A stretch of 64,000 nucleotides of DNA from Schaedlerella sp. (GTDB lineage: Bacteria > Bacillota > Clostridia > Lachnospirales > Lachnospiraceae). Both the position numbers and the translations under genes were made by a program. Positions 9,589 through 18,470 of the stretch are shown piece after piece. Within the stretch, counting starts at the first letter, position 1, and each line of letters opens with the position of its first letter. The notes under the pieces were generated by a model. It was not told where the DNA came from, searched no databases, and was given only the letters and a program-made list of their open reading frames with translations. The stretch lies in the NCBI GenBank assembly GCA_052272205.1, contig DAVZKO010000001.1, forward strand, positions 33,262 to 97,261, in the 5' to 3' direction.

Positions 9589-10515
9589 ATGAAAGATGAA
9601 TTTTACTTTCCATCAAAAGATGGCAATACTGAAATCCACACAATTGAATGGAAACCGGAAGGTGAAGTAAAAGCTGTGCTGCAGATTTGTCATGGCATGA
9701 TAGAGTATGTAGATCGTTATGATGAGTTTGCCAGTTTCTTAAGTGAACAGGGTATTTATGTAGTTGGCAATGACCATCTTGGACATGGAAAGTCTGTTCA
9801 GAGTAAGTCGGAGTATGGCTATTTTCAAAAAGAATATGGCAATGCATGTCTGCTTGCGGATATGCATATGCTCCGGACAAGAACAGCAAAGAAATATCCG
9901 GAAGTACCATACTTTATGTTGGGACATAGTATGGGGTCTATTCTCCTGCGCCAATATATTCAGATGTATGGGAATGGTCTCGCAGGTGCGATTTTGATTG
10001 GGGTAGTTGCAGAACAACCGGTTCCATTGTTGAATTTTGGTAAAGTATTATGCAAAAGTCTTGCGGTAGTAAAAGGCGACCATTACAGAAGCAAGTTGGT
10101 CGAAGACATGGTAATCGGAACATTTAATAAGAAATTCAAAAATCCAAAGACAAGAGCAGACTGGGTTACCAGTGATGAAGAAAAATTGCAGGAGTATGTC
10201 AATGATCCACTTTGTTCATTCCATTTCACTGTGAATGCATATGGTAACATGCTAGATGGTATGAAACGGATGGAGAAGAAAGAGAATGTCTTTATGATTC
10301 CAAAACATCTCCCGATTCTGATGGCAGCAGGTGTAGAAGATCCTGCCGGAAAATGTGGAAAAGGCGTTCGGAAAGTCTATGAGAAATATAAGGCATCAGG
10401 AATTAAAGATGTTACATTGCAATTGTATGCAGGAGACCGGCATGAATTGTTGAATGAGACAGACAGAGCTCAGGTTTATCTGGATATTCAGTCCTGGATG
10501 GAAAACAGAATGTAG
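9589..10515 (+). CDS. alpha/beta hydrolase (lysophospholipase / monoacylglycerol lipase-like)
   Basis: HGMIEYVDRYDEFA...GNDHLGHGKS followed by the nucleophile elbow GHSMGS; 308 aa. Confidence 0.8.
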   Translation: MKDEFYFPSKDGNTEIHTIEWKPEGEVKAVLQICHGMIEYVDRYDEFASFLSEQGIYVVGNDHLGHGKSVQSKSEYGYFQKEYGNACLLADMHMLRTRTAKKYPEVPYFMLGHSMGSILLRQYIQMYGNGLAGAILIGVVAEQPVPLLNFGKVLCKSLAVVKGDHYRSKLVEDMVIGTFNKKFKNPKTRADWVTSDEEKLQEYVNDPLCSFHFTVNAYGNMLDGMKRMEKKENVFMIPKHLPILMAAGVEDPAGKCGKGVRKVYEKYKASGIKDVTLQLYAGDRHELLNETDRAQVYLDIQSWMENRM

Positions 10516-10530
10516 AAATAGAAACAGCGA

Positions 10531-10570
10531 AAACCCGTTAACCTTACGGCTAACGGGTTTCGTTGTTTTT
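10531..10570. terminator. bidirectional intrinsic terminator (also the first element of repeat copy A)
   Basis: AAACCCGTTA (10531-10540) pairs with TAACGGGTTT (10551-10560). It is flanked by an A-run upstream and CGTTGTTTTT downstream. Confidence 0.75.
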
Positions 10571-10727
10571 ATAGTTATCTAAAGGAATGAGAGTAAAGTG
10601 TACATCGGGAAGTTACGCCCGATGTCTACTTTATGAGGGGGGAGATAGTTGTCTTATCAACTATCTGAGATTATTATATCCAGAAAATGTGTCTAAAATA
10701 TGTTGAATCTATAAAAGAAATCGAAAA
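10531..10727 (-). ncRNA. candidate structured small RNA, copy A (strand tentative)
   Basis: Two hairpins (10594-10633 and 10643-10666) flank a G-run, which reads CUCCCCCCUC on the minus strand. A terminator with a U-run lies at the minus-strand 3' end. The inner stem covaries with copy B. Confidence 0.3.
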
Positions 10728-10813
10728 TTTATAAACAAGTTCGAAACTAAATATTAAGAAAACTGTGATTGACAGAATAACAATAAATAGTAAATAGAAA
10801 ATAACAACAAAAC

Positions 10814-11016
10814 AAAAACCCGTCAGCCGGATTCGCTAACGGGGTTTCTGTTTCTTATTTAACTAAAAGGAATGAGAGTAAAGTGCGATATCTTGGATTT
10901 TCCAAGATATCTTAACTTTATGAGGGGGGAGATAGTTGCTGTATCAACTATCTGACGTTAGTATATCGAGAAAATGTGTCTAAAATATGTTAAATATCTA
11001 AAAGAAATCGAAAAAA
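10814..11016 (-). ncRNA. candidate structured small RNA, copy B (strand tentative)
   Basis: Same architecture as copy A, with hairpins at 10879-10920 and 10930-10953. The minus-strand terminator is followed by TTTTTGTTTTGTTGTT. Confidence 0.3.
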
Positions 11017-11154
11017 TCTTATGAAAGTATGAAATCCACAAGAATTGCAGAAAAGTACGCGATAAATGGAAACATTAATAAAATCCTAAGATTTCCCCTA
11101 ATCCTTTTTAATTTTTGTATTCTATCATGTATACTGTAAAGGAGGTGATGAACA

Positions 11155-11850
11155 ATGTACAACATCGTAGTATGTGATGACGATAAAGAAATCGTAGAAG
11201 CAATAGATATATATTTGACTCAGGAAGGGTACCATGTCCTGAAAGCATATGACGGAGAACAGGCATTGAAGCTGTTGGAGACGGAGGACGTACATTTGCT
11301 GATATTGGATGTGATGATGCCAAGACTGGATGGAATTCATGCAACATTAAAGATCAGAGAGAAACACAGTATTCCGATTATTATTTTGTCTGCAAAATCA
11401 GAAGATGTAGATAAGATTCTGGGATTGAATGTGGGAGCAGATGATTATGTGACGAAACCATTTAATCCGTTGGAGCTGATTGCGCGAGTAAAATCACAGA
11501 TTCGCCGCTATACACAGTTCGGTGGAACTGCGAAAGAGGAGAAGGATACCATCTACGAGACCGGAGGTCTTCAGATGAATGATGATCTGAAGCAGGTTAC
11601 GGTCGATGGCGAACTTGTGAAGTTGACACCGATTGAGTACAACATTTTAAAATTACTAATGAAAAATCAAGGTAGAGTATTTTCAATCAATCAGATTTAT
11701 GAATCTATCTGGAATGAAGAAGCAATTGGCGCGGACAATACTGTGGCGGTACATATTCGTCATATCCGAGAGAAAATTGAAATCAACCCGAGAGATCCAC
11801 GTTATTTGAAAGTCGTGTGGGGAGTCGGGTACAAAGTGGAGAAACTGTAA
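11155..11850 (+). CDS. OmpR-family two-component response regulator
   Basis: Receiver motifs VVCDDD, LILDVMMP and TKPF. C-terminal winged helix ends in LKVVWGVGYK. RBS is AAAGGAGG. Confidence 0.9.
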   Translation: MYNIVVCDDDKEIVEAIDIYLTQEGYHVLKAYDGEQALKLLETEDVHLLILDVMMPRLDGIHATLKIREKHSIPIIILSAKSEDVDKILGLNVGADDYVTKPFNPLELIARVKSQIRRYTQFGGTAKEEKDTIYETGGLQMNDDLKQVTVDGELVKLTPIEYNILKLLMKNQGRVFSINQIYESIWNEEAIGADNTVAVHIRHIREKIEINPRDPRYLKVVWGVGYKVEKL

Positions 11851-11909
11851 ATAGGGAGCATGATTCCAAGAACAGCGTTTCTCAAGTCAAAAAGTAAGGA
11901 TGTGATTAT

Positions 11910-14576
11910 ATGAAGAAATGGTATAGAATGCCGATTACAAAGGCGCTACTGGTTATCGTAGCAATTATCACGGCGATGGTAACCGGAGTCAGTGCAGTCA
12001 TTCTGTTCGGAATGAGGGGAGACCTGTATGGTACGAATCTGCAACAGGAGAAAAAATATGAAGATTCAGAATCTTTTGAATCGACGATGTATCAGACTGC
12101 ATCTTATATCGCAGACCAGATTCGTATACGAAATGAATTTGAGTTGGATGGAACGTATGACCCGGAGAAAATCGTAGATATCATGGAATATGCAAAAAAT
12201 GGAACCATTTCTGGAAAGAATGATTCTGGGATTGCGTATAAGTTAGGGAATTTGGTTGAATGGGCCAAGGTAGGACAATCGGGAAATACAGACGAGCAAG
12301 GTAATATTATTGTGTGCAAGAAGAAAGATGGCACATATTATTATTACTATTATGATGAGTTCAGAAATCTGATTGATGATGGAAAGCTTCAGATTATCGT
12401 GAATGGAGCTCAGCTTCGTTCAGATGAAACCGCAGAGAACACAAGCCAGCTTCAGGAGTTTTATGACAATCTTGATTATAATGCTGCGTATGGAGAAGGA
12501 TTAAGTAATTTTTATGACAGTCTTCGGATAGAAAATACAGAGAATGATTCTGTTTATACAGACTGTTGGATATATGCCGATAATACAAGTTATACAGACT
12601 ATGGGGCACAAGAAGTTGCGGCACCGATTGGAGCAAAAAATCTACTCGCTTTAATAAATGAAAATGAAGATTTGAACGGAAAATTAACAGAGATATGCAG
12701 TAGTCTGGGTAGTACGCTGGATGATATCAGCTATGATGCAGAGCAGTATGACGAATATAAGCAGGGAGCAGATGAATGGGCAGAAGGGAATACAAACTTT
12801 GCATATTTGTTGGTGGATCAGCAGACAAAACAAGTGTATACCAACAATAGTGCATGGACGAAATATGCAGATGTTGAGAAGAACATAGATGCAATAAAAT
12901 CAGCGGAGCACAGCAAATATGTTGTAGTAGAACCGAAACTTTCAGACTTTGAATCCAATCTGAAAGATGTTAATGCGAAAAAGTGGCAGCAGATATTTCA
13001 TACTTTGAATAGCAAGGATAAATCTTCTGAACGGTACATTTTTGCAGCAAAAGTGGATACTACCTACCCGATTCAGGATGTATTTTACACATATAATCAG
13101 AGCTACCAGAAATATGCACCATATGCGAGAAGCGCGATCGTGCTTACGATTCTTGGCAGCATCGTATGTCTGGTTGTGTTATTCTGGCTGACTTGGGTTG
13201 CGGGAAGAAATACAGAAGATGATGCACTGCATCTTACAGCATATGATCATTGGAAGACGGAACTGGGAGCGGCCGTTGTAATTGTTCCGTGGTTATTCTT
13301 CACGGGAATGATAAGCGCATCGTGGAATGGATTCGGCTATCAGGCTATGGATGTGGACAGTTCATATTATCAGCATTTTTATGTATTCTCTATCTCCAAA
13401 GGAGATATGCTGATCTGGGCGGTCTATATGGGAGTCAGCATGGCATTGTTCCTTATCGGATATCTCAGTCTGGTGCGAAGAATCAAAGGAAAGAATTTCT
13501 GGAAAAACAGTATTCTCTACATCGTTTTAAAATGGTGTGTAAAAGTGTTGAAAGGATTCTGTAGATTCTGCAGAACGTTCTGGAAAAATCGAAGTATTAC
13601 CTGGCGTGCAGTGTCACTGTTCATCATTTTTGTATTGATTCATTGGCTTGGATTGACATCGGGAGCCGGATTGTTCATTCTTATCATGTTTGGAGCGGAA
13701 ATTGCAGGGCTATATTATATTGTGCAAAATGCAATCGCAAAGGATAAAGTTCGCAAAGGAATCCAACAAATTGCATCCGGTGATCTGGAATATCAGATTC
13801 CAACAGAGCATCTGAAAGGGGAATACAAACAGACCGCGGAGATGGTCAATGACATTGGAAATGGGCTGAATCGTGCGGTCGATGAAAAAATCAAGAGTGA
13901 ACGACTTAAAACAGATTTGATCACCAATGTGTCCCATGATATTAAAACACCGCTTACTTCTATTATCAATTATGTGGATTTGTTGAAGCGGGAGGAGATT
14001 GATAATCCGAAAATCCAGGGATATCTCGAGGTGCTGGATGCGAAGTCACAACGATTGAAAACACTGACGGAGGATGTAGTTGAGGCTTCCAAAGTCAGCA
14101 GTGGAAATATCAATCTGCAAATGATGGATGTCAACTTTGTGGAAATGTTGAACCAGACAATCGGTGAGACGGAGGAGAAGATGGCTGCAAATAATCTGGA
14201 GGTCATTGCGACAGTTCCGGAGAAACCGGTGATCGTACATGTGGACGGACGCAGAATGTGGAGAGTACTGGAAAATATTTTCAACAATGCGGCAAAATAC
14301 GCGATGCCGGGAACCCGTGTTTATGCAGATCTGCAGACCAAAGAAGGCAATCTGGAGTTTACATTAAAAAATATTTCGGCACAGAAACTGAATATCAAAG
14401 CGGAAGAGTTGACAGAGCGATTCATTCGCGGAGATATTTCGAGAAGTACGGAAGGAAGCGGACTTGGTCTTTCGATTGCAAGTACGTTGACAGAGATGCA
14501 GGGTGGAAACTTTGAGCTATATCTGGATGGAGATTTGTTTAAAGTAACAATTACGCTGCCTCTTGCAGAAAAATAA
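11910..14576 (+). CDS. sensor histidine kinase with a large extracytoplasmic domain and a multi-TM core
   Basis: H-box NVSHDIKTPLTSI, N-box NIFNNAAKYA and G-box GSGLGLSIA. There is a ~370-aa segment between TM1 and TM2, followed by about four more hydrophobic helices. Confidence 0.9.
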   Translation: MKKWYRMPITKALLVIVAIITAMVTGVSAVILFGMRGDLYGTNLQQEKKYEDSESFESTMYQTASYIADQIRIRNEFELDGTYDPEKIVDIMEYAKNGTISGKNDSGIAYKLGNLVEWAKVGQSGNTDEQGNIIVCKKKDGTYYYYYYDEFRNLIDDGKLQIIVNGAQLRSDETAENTSQLQEFYDNLDYNAAYGEGLSNFYDSLRIENTENDSVYTDCWIYADNTSYTDYGAQEVAAPIGAKNLLALINENEDLNGKLTEICSSLGSTLDDISYDAEQYDEYKQGADEWAEGNTNFAYLLVDQQTKQVYTNNSAWTKYADVEKNIDAIKSAEHSKYVVVEPKLSDFESNLKDVNAKKWQQIFHTLNSKDKSSERYIFAAKVDTTYPIQDVFYTYNQSYQKYAPYARSAIVLTILGSIVCLVVLFWLTWVAGRNTEDDALHLTAYDHWKTELGAAVVIVPWLFFTGMISASWNGFGYQAMDVDSSYYQHFYVFSISKGDMLIWAVYMGVSMALFLIGYLSLVRRIKGKNFWKNSILYIVLKWCVKVLKGFCRFCRTFWKNRSITWRAVSLFIIFVLIHWLGLTSGAGLFILIMFGAEIAGLYYIVQNAIAKDKVRKGIQQIASGDLEYQIPTEHLKGEYKQTAEMVNDIGNGLNRAVDEKIKSERLKTDLITNVSHDIKTPLTSIINYVDLLKREEIDNPKIQGYLEVLDAKSQRLKTLTEDVVEASKVSSGNINLQMMDVNFVEMLNQTIGETEEKMAANNLEVIATVPEKPVIVHVDGRRMWRVLENIFNNAAKYAMPGTRVYADLQTKEGNLEFTLKNISAQKLNIKAEELTERFIRGDISRSTEGSGLGLSIASTLTEMQGGNFELYLDGDLFKVTITLPLAEK

Positions 14577-14589
14577 TAAATTTTATAAG

Positions 14590-14645
14590 AGAAGTTTGTT
14601 CCATAATGACTGAGGTGTTATGGAGCAAACTTCTTTGTTCATTTT
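14590..14645 (+). terminator. intrinsic terminator after the kinase gene
   Basis: 17-bp stem AGAAGTTTGTTCCATAA / TTATGGAGCAAACTTCT (one G-U pair) followed by TTGTTCATTTTGT. Confidence 0.75.
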
Positions 14646-14765
14646 GTAATTTTTTACAGTTTGTATGTAAAATCAAAGAAAAAATTTGGCTTTTACAGAA
14701 AATACTTCTGTGATAAAATAAATCCGATAGTATGAGTAAACCTATTCGATAAAGAAAGAGTTAAT

Positions 14766-15914
14766 ATGGAAAATATAAAAAAATTATTGTGTGAGACATT
14801 AAATATAGATTTTATACAGGCAATATTAAGTAATCCGCGTACAAAAGAAGGGATTATCAAGGTAAAAGTCAGACCGGTAATGATGAAAGACCGGTTCTTT
14901 TTGCAGTTAGAGTCTTTTTCAAAGACTCAGGCATTTCATGAGAATCTGGAGCCGGAGGCGGCAGTTGAGAAAATTTTTTCTTATATGAAAGAGTTTAAGC
15001 AGCTCCAGATGGCAACCAGAACAGCAGATTACACTGTTTTGGTCAGTAAGAAGGGCAAAGTGACGATTCAGAAGAAAGCGGTAAAGACAAGCAGAAGTGC
15101 TAAGATACAGGCACATAACCGAAGTAAGAAATACATTTTGCAGGAGGGGATGAAAGTACCTTTTTTGCAGGATTTGGGTGTTATGACACAGGATGGCAAG
15201 ATTGTGAGAACACGATTTGACAAGTTCCGTCAGATCAATCGTTTTCTGGAATTTATAGAAGACATTCTGCCACAGTTGGATAAGAAAAGAGAAATTACGA
15301 TTCTTGATTTTGGATGTGGGAAGTCATATCTGACCTTTGCAATGTACTATTATCTTCATGAGTTGAAGCAGTATGATATCCGTATCATCGGGTTAGACTT
15401 AAAATCAGAAGTCATAGCACACTGCAATGCGTTGAGCAAAGAATACGGTTACGAAAAGCTGACATTCTTAGAAGGTGATATTGCAGATTATGAAGGCGTC
15501 AATGAAGTTGATATGGTCGTGACACTGCATGCCTGTGATACGGCGACAGATTATGCGTTGGCAAAGGCTGTAGGATGGAATGCAAAAGTGATTCTTTCGG
15601 TTCCATGTTGTCAGCATGAACTGAATAGTCAGATTAACAATGAAGTACTGGCACCGATCATGAAGTATGGCTTGTTAAAAGAGCGTTTTGCGGCACTTGT
15701 GACAGATGGTCTGCGCGCGACGTATCTGGAAAGTATGGGATACGATACACAAGTGTTGGAATTTATTGATATGGAGCACACTCCGAAGAATATATTGCTT
15801 CGGGCTGTGAAATCAAAAGAGAAGCATACAAAGAAACAGGAACAATGCAGGAAAGAGATTCAGGCGTGTGAAGAATTTCTGCATGCTGCACCGACATTGG
15901 GGAGATTGCTTTAG
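14766..15914 (+). CDS. class I SAM-dependent methyltransferase with an N-terminal extension
   Basis: Motif I ILDFGCGKSYLT and an acidic motif II IIGLDL; 382 aa. The substrate is unknown. Confidence 0.7.
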   Translation: MENIKKLLCETLNIDFIQAILSNPRTKEGIIKVKVRPVMMKDRFFLQLESFSKTQAFHENLEPEAAVEKIFSYMKEFKQLQMATRTADYTVLVSKKGKVTIQKKAVKTSRSAKIQAHNRSKKYILQEGMKVPFLQDLGVMTQDGKIVRTRFDKFRQINRFLEFIEDILPQLDKKREITILDFGCGKSYLTFAMYYYLHELKQYDIRIIGLDLKSEVIAHCNALSKEYGYEKLTFLEGDIADYEGVNEVDMVVTLHACDTATDYALAKAVGWNAKVILSVPCCQHELNSQINNEVLAPIMKYGLLKERFAALVTDGLRATYLESMGYDTQVLEFIDMEHTPKNILLRAVKSKEKHTKKQEQCRKEIQACEEFLHAAPTLGRLL

Positions 15915-16001
15915 AAGGCAAGATGCCGGTGTAAACCACGAAAGAGAAGTTAGGATATATCAAAATGAAATGAATCTGGACATAAGGGGTTTGAACAGAC
16001 T

Positions 16002-18467
16002 ATGAAAAGAAGAAAAAGATCAAGGAAATGGATGAAAATCGGTATTCTTATCCTGATATTTTTAGCGGCTGTTATTGTGAGCAGTCTGGTTATGAATAAA
16101 GGAACCGAAGACCAGACGGTTAGTTTAGGTGAGCCGACATTACCGGTGGTATCGGCAATTGTGGATGATAATGAAGTCAATATGCTGGCGGGATATACAA
16201 CGGAGATGAATATCACGGCGATGCGTGATACCATCACACCGGTTGCAGCAACCCGAACATTGCAGATGAATATTTACAGTTATGGTAAGACGATAACAGG
16301 GATCTCGTATGAAGCATATTCACTGAATGGGGAAGACTGTTATATAAAAGAGTCAGTAACAGATTGGGAGCAGGATCAAAACAGTGAATCTCAGCAGGTG
16401 ACGTTGAATTTAAGCAGAGCGGTGGACGATTCGATTCAGGAAGCTGTTTTGAAAGTAACGTTAAGTTTAGAAGATAAAGATGTTTATTATTACACAAGAG
16501 TTGAGCAGAATTTCAATCGCTCTGCAAAAGAATGTCTGAACTTTGCAAAAGATATTCACACGAAAACATTTGATAGGCAGTATGCAGAAGAATTGGAAAC
16601 TTATCTTGAGCCAAATGAAGAGAGTGACAATACAACATTACAGACGGTCAATATTCATTCGGATATCTCACATTTACAATGGGGCGATCTGAACCCGGAA
16701 GTATCGACGGATATAGATTGGAGTATCAAAGAATGTAATACGGTATACACCTCTTTGCTGGCACGTTATCAAGTGACGTGTAAAGGTGATGGCGATGAGG
16801 TCGAGACGTATAACGTAAAGGAATTCTTCCGTGTACGTTGCAATGCAGGACAGATGTATCTGTTGGATTATTCCAGAACGATGAATCAGGTGTTTAATGG
16901 CAATAAACAAGTTATGGATGCGGATGGGATCCAGCTTGGTGTGACCGGTTCGGATGTCGCGTATGAGACAAATAAAAAGGGCAATATCGTGGCATTTGTG
17001 CAGGAACGAGATTTGTGGGCTTATAATCAGGAGACAAATGAATTGTCACAGGTGTTCAGCTTTGCCAATATGGAGGGGCAGGATGTCCGTTCCAGAAATG
17101 ACCAGCATGCGGTACGAATCATACGCATGGACAACAAAGGCAATGTAACTTTTGCAGTGTATGGCTACATGAATCGTGGAGAGTATGAGGGACAGGTCGG
17201 AGTTGCAGTTTATTATTTTGAAGCAGATAAAAATGCAGTGAGAGAGAAAGCCTTTCTTCCAAGTACGAAATCATTTGCAATTGCAGCAGATGAACTCGGC
17301 AAGATGGTTTACTTTAATGAAGACCAGCAGATGCTTTATGCCCTTGCCGGAGGTACTTTGTATCAGGTATCCATGGAAGATTATGAGCAGACAAAACTGG
17401 CTGAGAATCTGGATGAAGGACAGTATGTTGTTTCTGAAGACGGACATCTGCTCGCTTATGAAAAAGACGGTGCGCTGAATACGTCTACGGAAGTGGAAGT
17501 TCTGAATCTGGCAAATGGCAAATCCTATACGGTAAAGGCAGCCGACGGCGAGGCAGTACGCCCGCTTGGATTTGTTGCAGGGGATTTTATCGTGGGTCAT
17601 ATTCGTGAAACCGATAAAGGTGCGATGGTTACGGGGCAGGAGATTCTGCCGATGTATCAGATTGAAATCCGGGATTCCAAAAATCAGGTGTTGAAGACCT
17701 ATGCACAGGATGGTGTTTATATTTCTGATGTTTTGGTTGATTCCAATATGGTGACATTGAATCGTCTGACAAGAAATGAAAATACCTACACAACAGCATC
17801 GCAGGATTATATTACAAGTAACGAAGAGCGCAAGGAAAATAATATTACACTTGAGAAAACATCCTCAGATTTGAAAGAGGCACAGATGCGGTTTACATTT
17901 GCAGATGGAATCAAAGATACATCTCCGAAGATTCTCAGACCAAAGCAGGTGGTATCTTCCAAATCGATTACCATTGCGTTTGATGACCAGATCCGTTCGG
18001 ATAAATATTATGTCTACGGAATGGGTGAACTGGTAGGAATCTATGACAAAGCAGCTTATGCAATTCAGAAAGCTGAGCAGGTATCGGGAGTTGTGATTTC
18101 TTCCGAACAAGCATATGTCTGGGAGAAAGGAAATCGTGATCTGGAATACAGCACCGATGTCGGTGCATTTAAGAAAGCGGATGATCAGACTTCACTGGAA
18201 GCATGTACAGAATATATGAAACAGTATGATGCAAAACGGATGGATCTGACAGGATGCTCATTGAACCAGATTCTCTATATTATCAACAAGGGAAGACCGG
18301 TCATTGCAATGACTGATGCAAGTCATGCGATTCTGTTGGTTGGTTATACAACAGAAAATGTTACCTATATCGATCCGGATACAGGTGAGGGCAAGACAGT
18401 GGATACAGCTACGATGGAGGCCATGGTAGCTGGAAGCGGAAATACATTTATAGGATATGTAAAGTAA
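16002..18467 (+). CDS. membrane-anchored hypothetical protein with a possible C-terminal papain-like (C39-like) cysteine peptidase fold
   Basis: N-terminal basic stretch plus TM (IGILILIFLAAVIVSSLV). The C-terminal ~110 aa has an ordered Cys (LTGCSLNQ), His (DASHAILLVGY) and Asp (IDPDTG). I recognise no domain in the middle ~650 aa. Confidence 0.4.
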   Translation: MKRRKRSRKWMKIGILILIFLAAVIVSSLVMNKGTEDQTVSLGEPTLPVVSAIVDDNEVNMLAGYTTEMNITAMRDTITPVAATRTLQMNIYSYGKTITGISYEAYSLNGEDCYIKESVTDWEQDQNSESQQVTLNLSRAVDDSIQEAVLKVTLSLEDKDVYYYTRVEQNFNRSAKECLNFAKDIHTKTFDRQYAEELETYLEPNEESDNTTLQTVNIHSDISHLQWGDLNPEVSTDIDWSIKECNTVYTSLLARYQVTCKGDGDEVETYNVKEFFRVRCNAGQMYLLDYSRTMNQVFNGNKQVMDADGIQLGVTGSDVAYETNKKGNIVAFVQERDLWAYNQETNELSQVFSFANMEGQDVRSRNDQHAVRIIRMDNKGNVTFAVYGYMNRGEYEGQVGVAVYYFEADKNAVREKAFLPSTKSFAIAADELGKMVYFNEDQQMLYALAGGTLYQVSMEDYEQTKLAENLDEGQYVVSEDGHLLAYEKDGALNTSTEVEVLNLANGKSYTVKAADGEAVRPLGFVAGDFIVGHIRETDKGAMVTGQEILPMYQIEIRDSKNQVLKTYAQDGVYISDVLVDSNMVTLNRLTRNENTYTTASQDYITSNEERKENNITLEKTSSDLKEAQMRFTFADGIKDTSPKILRPKQVVSSKSITIAFDDQIRSDKYYVYGMGELVGIYDKAAYAIQKAEQVSGVVISSEQAYVWEKGNRDLEYSTDVGAFKKADDQTSLEACTEYMKQYDAKRMDLTGCSLNQILYIINKGRPVIAMTDASHAILLVGYTTENVTYIDPDTGEGKTVDTATMEAMVAGSGNTFIGYVK

Positions 18468-18470
18468 AAT

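Larger units (their letters stand above)
10531..11016. repeat. tandem direct repeat of a ~200-nt non-coding module (two copies, register offset 285 nt)
   Basis: Copy A is 10531-10727 and copy B is 10814-11016. They share the blocks AAAGGAATGAGAGTAAAGT, ACTTTATGAGGGGGGAGATAGTTG, TCAACTATCTGA and GAAAATGTGTCTAAAATATGTT..AAAGAAATCGAAAA, each preceded by a terminator-like hairpin. Confidence 0.9.

Noticed and set aside
10588-10707. 39-codon ATG ORF (MRVKCTSGSY...) running through repeat copy A.
   Set aside because: The ATG directly abuts the would-be RBS. In copy B the same ATG gives a different, shorter peptide, because the inner hairpin has a different length. The ORF is not conserved as coding sequence.
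10531-11016. Possible CRISPR array or MITE-like element.
   Set aside because: There are only two copies, with a 285-nt period, no short spacer/repeat alternation and no cas genes. I saw no terminal inverted repeats or target-site duplications. I kept it as a structured-RNA candidate instead.
13250-13564. Alternative-frame plus-strand ORFs within longer genes. Examples: 13250-13564, 14258-14515, 9764-9997, 23115-23327, 24633-24866, 27181-27408, 36087-36308 and 50908-51132.
   Set aside because: Each overlaps a longer ORF whose product carries diagnostic motifs. No independent translation signals are present.
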